DNA of 64,000 bases from Candidatus Hydrothermarchaeota archaeon (GTDB lineage: Archaea > CAYFZR01), in the NCBI GenBank assembly GCA_046760505.1, contig JBHIEG010000005.1:21868-85867 (forward strand). The letters are read 5' to 3'. Under the pieces are notes generated by a model. The model made no database searches. It saw only the letters and a list, made by a program, of their open reading frames with translations, and was not told where the DNA came from. The translations under genes were made by a program, and so were the position numbers. Shown one piece after another: positions 40,357-49,504 of the stretch; the first letter of the stretch is position 1; each line of letters opens with the position of its first letter.

Positions 40357-41046
40357 TTATCCCATTATACGCGCGTAAATTTCTTTATAACCTTCTAATA
40401 CATCATCTCTACCGAGTCTAAATCTATCCTTGTCCAATATCTCTTTTGTTTGAGAGTCCCATATCCTACAGGTATCCGGGCTTATCTCATCTCCGAGGAT
40501 GATGTTTCCCTCTTCATCTTTTCCAAATTCTAGTTTAAAATCAACTAGAGTAAGACTCTTTTTGCTGAAGAAATCACTCAAAATTTCGTTTATTCTTATT
40601 GTAACCTTTTTTATGAAAGATATTTCTTCCCAAGTCAATATGCCCATAGAGACCAGATGATCCTCGTTTATCAAGGGATCACCGAGTTCATCATTTTTGT
40701 AGAAAAATTCTATGATCGGTGTATCCAATATCTGTCCTCTTTCAACAGGAATCCTTTTCAACAAACTACCCATCGCTATATTTCTGCAGACAACTTCTAT
40801 GGGAAGCATCTCCAATCTCTTCGCTATAAAACAATTTTTTCCATGTCTTTCTATAAAATGGGTTTTTATTTCCTTTGATTCCAATAATTGGAAAAGATAC
40901 GCGGAGATATCTGCATTTAACTCCCCTTTTCCCGCTATTATATCGTGTTTCTGTCTGTTAAAAGCAGTGATATCATCTTTAAAACAGATCTTGATTAGTT
41001 GGGGGTCTTCGGTAAAAAAAATTTTTTTTGACTTCCCCTCATACAC
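40357..41046 (-). CDS. purC: SAICAR synthetase
   Basis: YEGKSKK, FKDDITAF, VDFKLEFG, DEISPDTCRIWD. Confidence 0.97.
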   Translation of the reverse strand: MYEGKSKKIFFTEDPQLIKICFKDDITAFNRQKHDIIAGKGELNADISAYLFQLLESKEIKTHFIERHGKNCFIAKRLEMLPIEVVCRNIAMGSLLKRIPVERGQILDTPIIEFFYKNDELGDPLINEDHLVSMGILTWEEISFIKKVTIRINEILSDFFSKKSLTLVDFKLEFGKDEEGNIILGDEISPDTCRIWDSQTKEILDKDRFRLGRDDVLEGYKEIYARIMG

Positions 41047-41127
41047 TCACATCACCTTTTTACATATACGAAAAATTGATGTCCTATAAAAAGATTTTTT
41101 TAGACAAACATTTAAAAAGGTGCATGA

Positions 41128-42171
41128 ATGATCAAGTATGCAGATGTAGGAGTGGATATAGAAGAAGAGGCTGAAGCGGTTTCTGCAATATCTAAATCGA
41201 TAATAGAAACTTTTAAAAACAGAGAAGGTAAAATTGGAAGAGTTTTAGAAGAATTCGGTCATTTTTCCGGTCTCCTGGATATGGGAGAATTTGCTCTCGC
41301 GATTACAACAGATGGAGTTGGTTCAAAGGTTCTCGTATCACAAGAAGCAGGTAAATTCGATACGGTAGGCATCGATCTCGTAGCGATGAACGTGAATGAC
41401 ATAATCTGCAATGGAGCAGAGCCCGTCGCGATGGTAAACTACATTGCCGTGCAAAAACCCAACCCGAGAATTATGTATGAAATAGGAAAGGGTCTTGAAA
41501 AGGGGGCTAGAGAGAGCGGTATAGCCATAGTAGGAGGAGAAACCGCTACTTTGCCCGAAATAATTAAGGGAAAAGATGGAAAGGGATTTGATCTGGCAGG
41601 AACCTGCATAGGAATAGTAAAAAAAGAAAACATAATAACTGGAAAAGATATCAAAGAAGGAGACGTCGTTTTAGGAATAGAAAGCAGCGGTATCCATAGC
41701 AATGGACTTACTCTAGCAAGAAAAGTTTTCGAGGAAAAAGGTTTTGACTATAAAATTCCAAACGGTAAATCGGTAAAGGAAGAACTTCTGACTCCAACCA
41801 GAATATATGTCAAACCAGTTTTACAGATCTTAAAGGAACTAGATATTCATGGACTCGCACACATAACTGGTGGAGGTTTGCTAAAACTCAAAAGAATTGG
41901 AAAAATAGCTAAATTAGGTTTTATATTGGATAATCTACCCGAACCCCAGCCCATATTTAAGGAAATACAAAGATTAGGTAATGTTTCCAATGTTGAGATG
42001 TACAAAACATTTAACATGGGAATAGGATTTTGCATCGTATTAGACGAGGGAGAATCCCCAAGAGCCATAGAAATTATAGAAGGTTACGGATTTAAGGCAA
42101 AAATAATTGGTAAAGCAGTGAAAGAGGAAGGATGTAAAGTTAAACTGCCTTCATTAGGTATAGAGATCTGA
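41128..42171 (+). CDS. purM: AIR synthetase
   Basis: YADVGVD, TDGVGSK, GGETA, SSGIHSNG, FNMGIG. Confidence 0.97.
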   Translation: MIKYADVGVDIEEEAEAVSAISKSIIETFKNREGKIGRVLEEFGHFSGLLDMGEFALAITTDGVGSKVLVSQEAGKFDTVGIDLVAMNVNDIICNGAEPVAMVNYIAVQKPNPRIMYEIGKGLEKGARESGIAIVGGETATLPEIIKGKDGKGFDLAGTCIGIVKKENIITGKDIKEGDVVLGIESSGIHSNGLTLARKVFEEKGFDYKIPNGKSVKEELLTPTRIYVKPVLQILKELDIHGLAHITGGGLLKLKRIGKIAKLGFILDNLPEPQPIFKEIQRLGNVSNVEMYKTFNMGIGFCIVLDEGESPRAIEIIEGYGFKAKIIGKAVKEEGCKVKLPSLGIEI

Positions 42172-42223
42172 ACATACCAGTCTGTCTGGGTGAGGAAGAT
42201 TGAGTTTTCACGCATTTGGAATT

Positions 42224-43051
42224 TCACAATCCAAGAACGTCAAAAGAACTGTAGATCTTTCCCGTCTTCCCAACAGAATTTACGAATCTAATGGCTTTTA
42301 ATGCTCCATTGGCGAAAGCTCTCCTGCTGTGGGCACGGTGAGTGAGTTCTATTCTTTCTCCAGGTCCAGCGAATAGTACGGTATGTTCTCCTACTATATC
42401 TCCTGCTCGAATAGCATGGAATCCTATATCTTTTTTACCTCTTTCTCCAATAACCCCCCTCTGCCTGCCGAATACGCCGTCTTTGTCCAAGTCTCTTCCA
42501 AGTACTTGGGCTATTATTTCTCCAGTTCTTATTGCAGTGCCGCTTGGAGCGTCTAATTTGTGCTTGTGATGCGCCTCTATTATCTCTATGTCGTAGTCAT
42601 CTCCCAGAACTTTGGCTAACTCCCCTGTTATTTTAAAGAATAGGTTTACTCCAACCGCCATGTTTGGTGAAATTACGGCTGAGACGCCTGATTCTTTTAT
42701 TGCCTTCTCCATTATCTCTCTTTGTTCAGGCGTAAATCCTGTCGTGCCTACAACAAGATTTACTCCCATCTCACAAGATTTTTTTACAGTTTCTACCGCG
42801 GCATGAGCGTTCGTAAAATCTACCAGCACATCTACATTGTTTTTCAATACATTCAACAGATCATCTGACTTGTATACGGTAACACCTATCTTCCCGAGAC
42901 CAACGACTTCTCCTAAGTCCTTTCCAATGTATGGAGAATCATTGCGCTCTATTCCTGCTACTATCTTCATATCTTCTTGTTCGTAAATTGTCCTTACCAT
43001 CTCGCTTCCCATACGACCACAACTTCCCGCTACCACAACATTTATCAACAT
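42224..43051 (-). CDS. dapB: 4-hydroxy-tetrahydrodipicolinate reductase
   Basis: GRMG, GTTGF, EAHHKHKLDAPSGTA, GDIVGEH. Confidence 0.97.
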   Translation of the reverse strand: MLINVVVAGSCGRMGSEMVRTIYEQEDMKIVAGIERNDSPYIGKDLGEVVGLGKIGVTVYKSDDLLNVLKNNVDVLVDFTNAHAAVETVKKSCEMGVNLVVGTTGFTPEQREIMEKAIKESGVSAVISPNMAVGVNLFFKITGELAKVLGDDYDIEIIEAHHKHKLDAPSGTAIRTGEIIAQVLGRDLDKDGVFGRQRGVIGERGKKDIGFHAIRAGDIVGEHTVLFAGPGERIELTHRAHSRRAFANGALKAIRFVNSVGKTGKIYSSFDVLGL

Positions 43052-43097
43052 CTCACCCCCGATTGGAGTTTAAAGGTTACATGAAATAAAATCAGCA

Positions 43098-43298
43098 TCA
43101 TATTATCTGAGATTTTTCATCGGACTTGATCTTTGTTATATAACCAGCGATTCTGTTCCTAACTAACTTACTGTTTATATTTGTAAATTTTTCCACCAAA
43201 AGTTTGTTGTCTTCAAAATTCTCGGTGAATGAATCACCGTGTTCCTTTAACAACTCATCTGCTATCCTTTTCATGAACCCTGGTTTCACTCTGCCCAA
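43098..43298 (-). CDS. rps17e: 30S ribosomal protein S17e
   Basis: MGRVKP, FEDNK, RNRIAGYIT. Confidence 0.96.
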   Translation of the reverse strand: MGRVKPGFMKRIADELLKEHGDSFTENFEDNKLLVEKFTNINSKLVRNRIAGYITKIKSDEKSQII

Positions 43299-43375
43299 TA
43301 TTTCACCTCTGGAAGAATTTATTTTCTCATTTATTAATGTTTTCGTCTCCCATTATATGAAATCAAGCAAAGGAT

Positions 43376-43455
43376 AAAAAAAGAGGAGGAGGGCGCCGAG
43401 AGTCAGGAAGAAATCATTAGGGCATCTAATCGTGGTGAGATAGTAGCGCCCCCTC
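43376..43455 (-). ncRNA. candidate structured small RNA of unknown family
   Basis: GC-rich terminal stem (43386-43396 with 43446-43455), inner hairpin, upstream BRE/TATA (43471-43488) and T7 run at the 3' end on the minus strand. Confidence 0.5.
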
Positions 43456-43578
43456 ATTAATCTATCAACCATATATATTTACTTTTCGACTTATGAGTAA
43501 TAACCGAAATAACAAAAATTACCACCAAATTTAAATCAGTCAACAGATTTATAGATCTAAAAGCAATCGGATATCCGT

Positions 43579-44562
43579 ATGATCTGTCTGGGAATAGAGG
43601 GCACCGCGGAAAAACTGGGTGTTGGAATCGTAGATGAAAATGGGAATATACTGGCAAATTTAGGCAGGCAATTTTATCCACCGGTTGGAGGCATTCATCC
43701 CAGAGAAGCTGCCCAGCATCATTCTCACTACCTACCTGAGTTATTAAAAAACGCGGTAGAGAAAGCGGAGATAAGTCCAAGCGAAATAGATTTGGTTTCT
43801 TTCCCCAAAGGTCCAGGTCTGGGTCCATGTCTAAGGACAATTGCCACTGCTGCGAGGTCAGTGTCACTCTTATTGGATATCCCGATAGTCGGAGTTAACC
43901 ATTGCATAGCGCATATAGAGATAGGAATACTAAAAACTGGTCTTAAAGACCCTGTAACTCTATATGTAAGCGGTGCAAATACTCAAGTAATCGCGTACGC
44001 AGGCAAAAGGTATAGAGTGTTCGGCGAAACTCTGGATATCGGGGTGGGCAATTTCCTAGATAAATTCGGAAGAGAAGTGGGTTTACAGCATCCTGGCGGA
44101 CCGAAGATAGAGGAACTTGCTAGAAAAGGAGAAGAATACATTGAGCTCCCTTACACGGTAAAGGGCATGGATCTCTCCTTCTCCGGTCTACTTACAGCCT
44201 CTTTGAAATTGCATAAAAAAGGCGAGGAACTGGAGAATATATGTTTCAGCATTCAGGAAACCGCCTTTGCAATGCTTACCGAGGTGACAGAAAGAGCAGT
44301 CGCGCACTGCAAGAAGAAGGAAGTCTTGCTCTGTGGAGGAGTAGCTTCAAATAAAAGACTACAAGAAATGATTAAAACGATGTGTAGGGATCAGGGCGTA
44401 AAATTTGGCGTACCGGAGAGGGAACTCGCTGTAGATAACGGAGCAATGATTGCATGGCTTGGTATATTGTACGCTAGAAGCGGTATTACACATAGCATAG
44501 AAGAAACCACGGTTGATCAAAAATACAGGACAGATGAAGTTGATGTCATCTGGAGAGATTAA
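43579..44562 (+). CDS. kae1: tRNA t6A synthase Kae1 (KEOPS)
   Basis: GIEGTA, GIHPREAAQHH, HCIAHIE, ETLDIGVGN, DNGAMIA. Confidence 0.97.
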   Translation: MICLGIEGTAEKLGVGIVDENGNILANLGRQFYPPVGGIHPREAAQHHSHYLPELLKNAVEKAEISPSEIDLVSFPKGPGLGPCLRTIATAARSVSLLLDIPIVGVNHCIAHIEIGILKTGLKDPVTLYVSGANTQVIAYAGKRYRVFGETLDIGVGNFLDKFGREVGLQHPGGPKIEELARKGEEYIELPYTVKGMDLSFSGLLTASLKLHKKGEELENICFSIQETAFAMLTEVTERAVAHCKKKEVLLCGGVASNKRLQEMIKTMCRDQGVKFGVPERELAVDNGAMIAWLGILYARSGITHSIEETTVDQKYRTDEVDVIWRD

Positions 44563-44628
44563 TAGCGTGCTACTAAATTATATAAATAAAACCATAAAAA
44601 TTTCAAATAATTTTACGATAAGCCTTTT

Positions 44629-44919
44629 CTAAGGCAGAAACCCACGATAAGTTAAGCCTATGTAAAACATGGTAATGCTCAGGGCAAAAACAACCATTCC
44701 AATAAAAAACTCCAAGGCTCCGCCTGATTTTTTGCTAGCATCCACGAATGATTCTAGAGAGAAGTGCAAACAAACGAGTGCAGATATAATGCAAGTCCAA
44801 AAAAACAGTGTGACGCTTCCTATCCACTGGGAATAAAGCAACATGAAGAAGAGTAAACCAACTATTAACATTACGAAGGTAAAATCATCATCAATCCTCT
44901 TCTTTCTTCTTCTAGGCAT
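44629..44919 (-). CDS. hypothetical three-TM membrane protein
   Basis: SD GGAGAGG, basic N-terminus, three hydrophobic segments. Confidence 0.65.
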   Translation of the reverse strand: MPRRRKKRIDDDFTFVMLIVGLLFFMLLYSQWIGSVTLFFWTCIISALVCLHFSLESFVDASKKSGGALEFFIGMVVFALSITMFYIGLTYRGFLP

Positions 44920-45053
44920 GACCTCTCCCCTAGAAATCTTTGACCAAAAAGGATATATATGTTTAATGCTTCATGGAGAATTTCTAGGGGATAAACATCA
45001 AGAAGACATTTCTTAAATCAGATTTATTAGATCAAATAGAGGAAATAAAACCT

Positions 45054-46220
45054 GTGGATATTTTAGTTGGAATAAGCGCGAAGAATGTCGAATCAACCAT
45101 TGTTCATGTAATGAACGTTGTTAGTTTAGGTCTAATGGAGTTCTTTTCCGAATACAACAATCTCGTCGTTGTATCGGATGGATTCTCCACGGATAGAACG
45201 TTTGAACTTGCTGAGTTGTTCGGACTACCAGATAGAATAAATAAAATAGTTACAGAAGACCATGGAAATTCCGGAAAGGGATGCGCGATTAGAACTATAT
45301 TTGAAATCGCTGCCCTTTCAGATGCAAAGGCAGTTGTTACGATTGATGGCGATCTATTTAGCATAAAGCCAGATTGGATCCAGAACTTAGTTCAACCCTG
45401 CATGTACGGGAGAGCGGATTTGGTGGTTCCTTTTTATGTAAGGGACAAATACGATGGCGTAATAACCAATAATCTTGCATATCCTTACATGAGATCTCTG
45501 TATGGAATAAAGGTGAGACAGCCGATAGGCGGAGACTATGGACTATCCAATGAAATGGTTGAAATCTTGAGAAAACATCCGATGTTTCCAGATCATTTTG
45601 GGATAGATATTTTCATCACCACAGTTGCCTCTGGAGAACACATGGACATAAGTGAGGCTCTCTTGGGCTTGAAAATTCATGAATCAACCACAAAATACTT
45701 AGAACCCGGAAAACACCTCATACCTATGTTTAGACAGGTGGTAGGCACGATGTTCGGCCTGACGGAATACTATGAAGACGAATGGAAAAAAACGCATAAG
45801 AGGGACATAAAAAGGAGGATCGGAAGATACTACGGACAGAGACCCGTTCCTGTAAAAGTAGACTTGGAAAAGATTGTAAAGACATATAAGGCCGATTATT
45901 TAAACTATAAGGAATACCTTGCAAGTATCCTGCCTGAAGAATTGCTCAATGTAGTGGAGGAAAATATCAACTCTGAAAAGCCAGATTTCAAACCTGAGCA
46001 TTGGGCGAGGACCGTTTACACAATTGCAAGCAAATATAAAAGATCGGATAAAAATGAGAAACCTTTCATTCTTGATGCATTGAGAGTGTTATGGCTAATT
46101 AGATACGCGAGCTACGTGGTTGAGACAGAGGGGATGGACATCGATGAAGCAGAGAGAGTAATAGAAGAGCAGGCAAGAATCTTCGAGGAGGAAAAGGATT
46201 ACCTTATCTCCATTTATTAG
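45054..46220 (+). CDS. GT-A glycosyltransferase, glucosylglycerate/mannosylglycerate synthase-like
   Basis: SDGFSTDRT, GKG, DGD, RDKYDGVITN, RQPIGGD, FGIDIFIT, MFRQVVGTMF. Confidence 0.75.
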   Translation: MDILVGISAKNVESTIVHVMNVVSLGLMEFFSEYNNLVVVSDGFSTDRTFELAELFGLPDRINKIVTEDHGNSGKGCAIRTIFEIAALSDAKAVVTIDGDLFSIKPDWIQNLVQPCMYGRADLVVPFYVRDKYDGVITNNLAYPYMRSLYGIKVRQPIGGDYGLSNEMVEILRKHPMFPDHFGIDIFITTVASGEHMDISEALLGLKIHESTTKYLEPGKHLIPMFRQVVGTMFGLTEYYEDEWKKTHKRDIKRRIGRYYGQRPVPVKVDLEKIVKTYKADYLNYKEYLASILPEELLNVVEENINSEKPDFKPEHWARTVYTIASKYKRSDKNEKPFILDALRVLWLIRYASYVVETEGMDIDEAERVIEEQARIFEEEKDYLISIY

Positions 46221-46770
46221 TTTTTTTAACCACTCCAATACCTGCTATGTCTTCAACTTCCATTTTCCAGACCTGAATGCTTTTTAGACCTGCTTTTTCT
46301 AAAATTTTTTTGAAATCATCCTCTGAGATGTTTTTCTCCAAAATCGTAACAATCAACAATGCTCCATCCCTGCAAACTCTTACCATCTCCCTCAAAGTAT
46401 CGAGAGGATTCTCTGAATTCTGCAGTAATGTAAAGGAAAATAACTTGGTAAAGATGTTATGCTTAAATGGCAGGAAATCGCAGTCCGCTAAAACAAGATG
46501 AACTTCATGATCCAATTTCCCTCTGGCAATTTCAATCATCTTTTCCGAAAAATCCAATCCAAAAACTCTGTTTGATTTAATTTTTTCTAAAAATAATCCA
46601 GTGCCACAGCCTAAATCCAGAATAACATCTGATTGATCGACTTTAACTTTCTCGAGTATCTCTGAGTACTTTTTATTTTGAATTTCTTCATACCTCTTAT
46701 CGTATAGCCATGCTGTCTGGTTGTATCTGCCTCTCAATTCCTTTTTTCTCATGGAATTAATAACCGACAC
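46204..46770 (-). CDS. class I SAM-dependent methyltransferase
   Basis: LDLGCGTG, DFSEKM, LPF, EMVRV. Confidence 0.88.
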   Translation of the reverse strand: MSVINSMRKKELRGRYNQTAWLYDKRYEEIQNKKYSEILEKVKVDQSDVILDLGCGTGLFLEKIKSNRVFGLDFSEKMIEIARGKLDHEVHLVLADCDFLPFKHNIFTKLFSFTLLQNSENPLDTLREMVRVCRDGALLIVTILEKNISEDDFKKILEKAGLKSIQVWKMEVEDIAGIGVVKKTNKWR

Positions 46771-46816
46771 CTTTTTAAAATCATTTTGGATACTTAAAAC
46801 TGGGGAGGGTAAGGTA

Positions 46817-47077
46817 ATGAGCCTCGAGGTATTTCGAAAATTCTTGAGAGAAATAGGCGTCTACAGATTAAACATGAGGGAAGAGGAGCACCTCTTTAGA
46901 GATGTTATTCGATGTTTTGGCGTGATAGGTTCGAATGAATGTGATCACCTAGAAAAAATGCTAGAAGATCCATACTACAGAGAAGCAATAAAAAAATTCG
47001 TCCTTGGCGCCATAAGGCTACTGAAAGAAGTGGACAGGGAAGAAGAAAGAGGAGAGAAAATGCGAATATATGTATGA
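46817..47077 (+). CDS. hypothetical protein
   Basis: ATG after GGAGGG/AAGGT; no family recognised. Confidence 0.5.
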   Translation: MSLEVFRKFLREIGVYRLNMREEEHLFRDVIRCFGVIGSNECDHLEKMLEDPYYREAIKKFVLGAIRLLKEVDREEERGEKMRIYV

Positions 47078-47122
47078 GAACAATATATATTTAGGTTGAC
47101 AATATTTTAAAGTACCTGATGA

Positions 47123-47195
47123 GCCTTGGTGGCTTAGCAGGTAGAGCGCCTGCTTGGTAAGCAGGAGGTCGCGGGTTCGAATCCCGCCCAAGGCT
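47123..47195 (+). tRNA. tRNA-Thr (anticodon GGT), CCA not encoded
   Basis: Acceptor GCCTTGG/CCAAGGC, anticodon arm CCTGC-TTGGTAA-GCAGG, T arm GCGGG-TTCGAAT-CCCGC; TATA-like box upstream. Confidence 0.97.
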
Positions 47196-47284
47196 TCTTC
47201 TCTTGATTTCATAACTCTTTGAGATTACTTCCCTGCTCAGTTAAACCTTTATGTAATAAACCTCAGATGTATTTCGGTGAGCCT

Positions 47285-47749
47285 ATGAGGCTTTACCTAG
47301 TTCAGCACGGAGAAGCTAAAAGAGAAGAAGAAGATCCTGAGAGAGGTTTAACCGAAAAAGGTTTTAAAGACTCTGAAAAGGTTGCAAAATACATTTCCAA
47401 CCTCAATATAAAAATCAAAAGGATTTTTCACAGTGGAAAAACTAGAGCCAGACAGACGGCAGAAATTTATGCCAGATATTTGAAGCCAGAAGAGTTATTA
47501 GAAAGTGATGGTCTGAGCCCTCTAGATGAAATAAAAATCTGGAAAGATAGAATAAAAAATATGGACGAGAATATAATGCTTGTAGGACATTTGCCTCATC
47601 TAAGCAAACTAGCATCAGCATTAATAACAGAAGACGAGAGTAAAGAACTCATAAAATTCAAGATGGCGGGAACAGTCTGCCTTGAAAGGGATGAACAGGG
47701 CAAGTGGAGAATACTATGGTCGGTAATTCCAGAAATAGTTTCAGGATAA
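47285..47749 (+). CDS. sixA: phosphohistidine phosphatase SixA
   Basis: LYLVQHGEA, RGLT, HSGKTRARQTA, LVGHLPHL; SD GGTGA. Confidence 0.9.
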   Translation: MRLYLVQHGEAKREEEDPERGLTEKGFKDSEKVAKYISNLNIKIKRIFHSGKTRARQTAEIYARYLKPEELLESDGLSPLDEIKIWKDRIKNMDENIMLVGHLPHLSKLASALITEDESKELIKFKMAGTVCLERDEQGKWRILWSVIPEIVSG

Positions 47750-47753
47750 TCAA

Positions 47754-49013
47754 TCAATCTGGAAAGGATATCCTTTCATGAGACTCGCTGAATATGAACT
47801 CTCCCCTCTCCAGCATTTCGTTTAGAATTTTAATCGCCTTTTTTGCCTTATTCCTGTCTGAGAGCCTATACCCTATTTTGACTCTGTTTTCGTTGACCTT
47901 CAAGACGCCTAAATTCGCGTGAAAAGCTTCGCATAATGAAGTGCAGGCACCGCAGTTATGACAAAGATCCCTGTCTAATTTTTTGTTCGAAAAAGCAGAG
48001 GTGGGGCATTTTTCCTCTACCATGCACTTTTTAACGCATCCCACGCAGAGATCCGGGTACCATTTTACCTCCAAATCAACGCCTCTCCAAACTTCTCCAT
48101 AATTCGTTTCCCCCAAAATGGATCTATCATTCACATTCAATACCGGTAATGAAATATTTTCGTCCGTTATCTTACAGTTTTCAAGAATCAAATCATTTAT
48201 TACGGGAATTGGAACAGCGAGGGTTGAAACAAGTTCTGGGCCACCTGATGTATTAAATCCGCACAGAAATCTGGGACTCATGGTCTTCATATTGGCAGAG
48301 ATCATCAGGTTTGGCCTTTCTTTTACGCTTCTGGTTCCTCTGCCTATTACATATCCGATTGCTCCATTTATCCAGATCTTCGATCCTATTCCAATGGTTT
48401 CCAAGAAGGAATCGTGTTGTAATGGATTTAATTCGCCACAACCCGCAAATGTGGCGAACTTATATGGTCCTTCCAACTCCACCGGTGAAAATATCGTTCT
48501 AACTTTAGTTTTGTTAGGATTTACGAAAGCATAGTAATTTTTTACTAGATATCTCGTTCCTACCAACTGGGAGAGATTCATCTCATCTATACAGGTAGTT
48601 GCGCTTATGTTATTTCCTTCTTCGGTTATCGCATAGACTTCTATTTCTTTACCTTTAACGATGTCATGAATCAAATGCGCACCTCCGTATTTCTCGGAAT
48701 CTCTGCCAGGAGTGGTGGCAAATACTGCCACGTCCACGATACCCATTCTTTCGTTTGGGCATGGACCATGAAACGCTGGAACGCTATTTAGCCATACACA
48801 GGATAATTTTCTAAATTTACCTGGCTCTTCTATCTTAAAATTTAGAATTGCCATGGTTCCTGATACCAGAGAAGAAGTTCCACATGTTACAACGTCAACA
48901 TCACTGGCCTTAATATTTTTTCCCTCTCTTATATCCTCTGCTAGTTCGTCAGCTCCTACAACTACGGCTTCGCCTCTTTTTAACTTTCTATTTATTTCGG
49001 ATACTGTCTTCAT
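47754..49013 (-). CDS. methanogenesis marker 16-like metalloprotein (DUF39 plus ferredoxin)
   Basis: DVDVVTCGT, GPCPNERMG, YGGAHL, GCGELNPLQ, C-terminal CxxC..C..CP / CxxCxxCxxxC. Confidence 0.8.
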   Translation of the reverse strand: MKTVSEINRKLKRGEAVVVGADELAEDIREGKNIKASDVDVVTCGTSSLVSGTMAILNFKIEEPGKFRKLSCVWLNSVPAFHGPCPNERMGIVDVAVFATTPGRDSEKYGGAHLIHDIVKGKEIEVYAITEEGNNISATTCIDEMNLSQLVGTRYLVKNYYAFVNPNKTKVRTIFSPVELEGPYKFATFAGCGELNPLQHDSFLETIGIGSKIWINGAIGYVIGRGTRSVKERPNLMISANMKTMSPRFLCGFNTSGGPELVSTLAVPIPVINDLILENCKITDENISLPVLNVNDRSILGETNYGEVWRGVDLEVKWYPDLCVGCVKKCMVEEKCPTSAFSNKKLDRDLCHNCGACTSLCEAFHANLGVLKVNENRVKIGYRLSDRNKAKKAIKILNEMLERGEFIFSESHERISFPD

Positions 49014-49494
49014 CGTTTATCCCGCAAATTTTTTTTAGGGATAATCTGAGTTTTTCAATTTTCTCGGAGGGATCAGAGTAATTTAAGGGCTCTCCACACA
49101 TACATCTAAAATTCGCCTCGCTTGCCTGCTCGAATGTATATTCATAACATCTTCGAGGACATTCATAGATTGCGGTCTCCTCATAAAACCTTATCTTTTC
49201 TTCAACACGTTTAATTGCCTTTTCCTTTTTTGTTTCTATTATATCCATGCTCCTGTCAAGGTTTAGCGTCCATGTGTATGTATACCATCCACTTTCTTTA
49301 TCTCTAGTTCTCACATACGTGGCAAGATGATGATCGTAAAGTTTATACAATACTTTCCTTACAGCATTTACCCTCAAACCAGTTTTCTCGGCGATTTCAG
49401 CATCTGTTGCGGATCTCTCGTTCAACATGGAAATTACCTTCATTCCTTCATCTCCCACAATCTCATATAAGAATTTTTTTACTTCTTTTTTCAT
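48988..49494 (-). CDS. tfe: transcription factor E (TFE alpha)
   Basis: TDAEIAEKTG..VRKVLYKLY, RDKESGWYTYTW, Zn ribbon. Confidence 0.95.
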   Translation of the reverse strand: MKKEVKKFLYEIVGDEGMKVISMLNERSATDAEIAEKTGLRVNAVRKVLYKLYDHHLATYVRTRDKESGWYTYTWTLNLDRSMDIIETKKEKAIKRVEEKIRFYEETAIYECPRRCYEYTFEQASEANFRCMCGEPLNYSDPSEKIEKLRLSLKKICGINDEDSIRNK

Positions 49495-49504
49495 TTTTTT
49501 TGCC

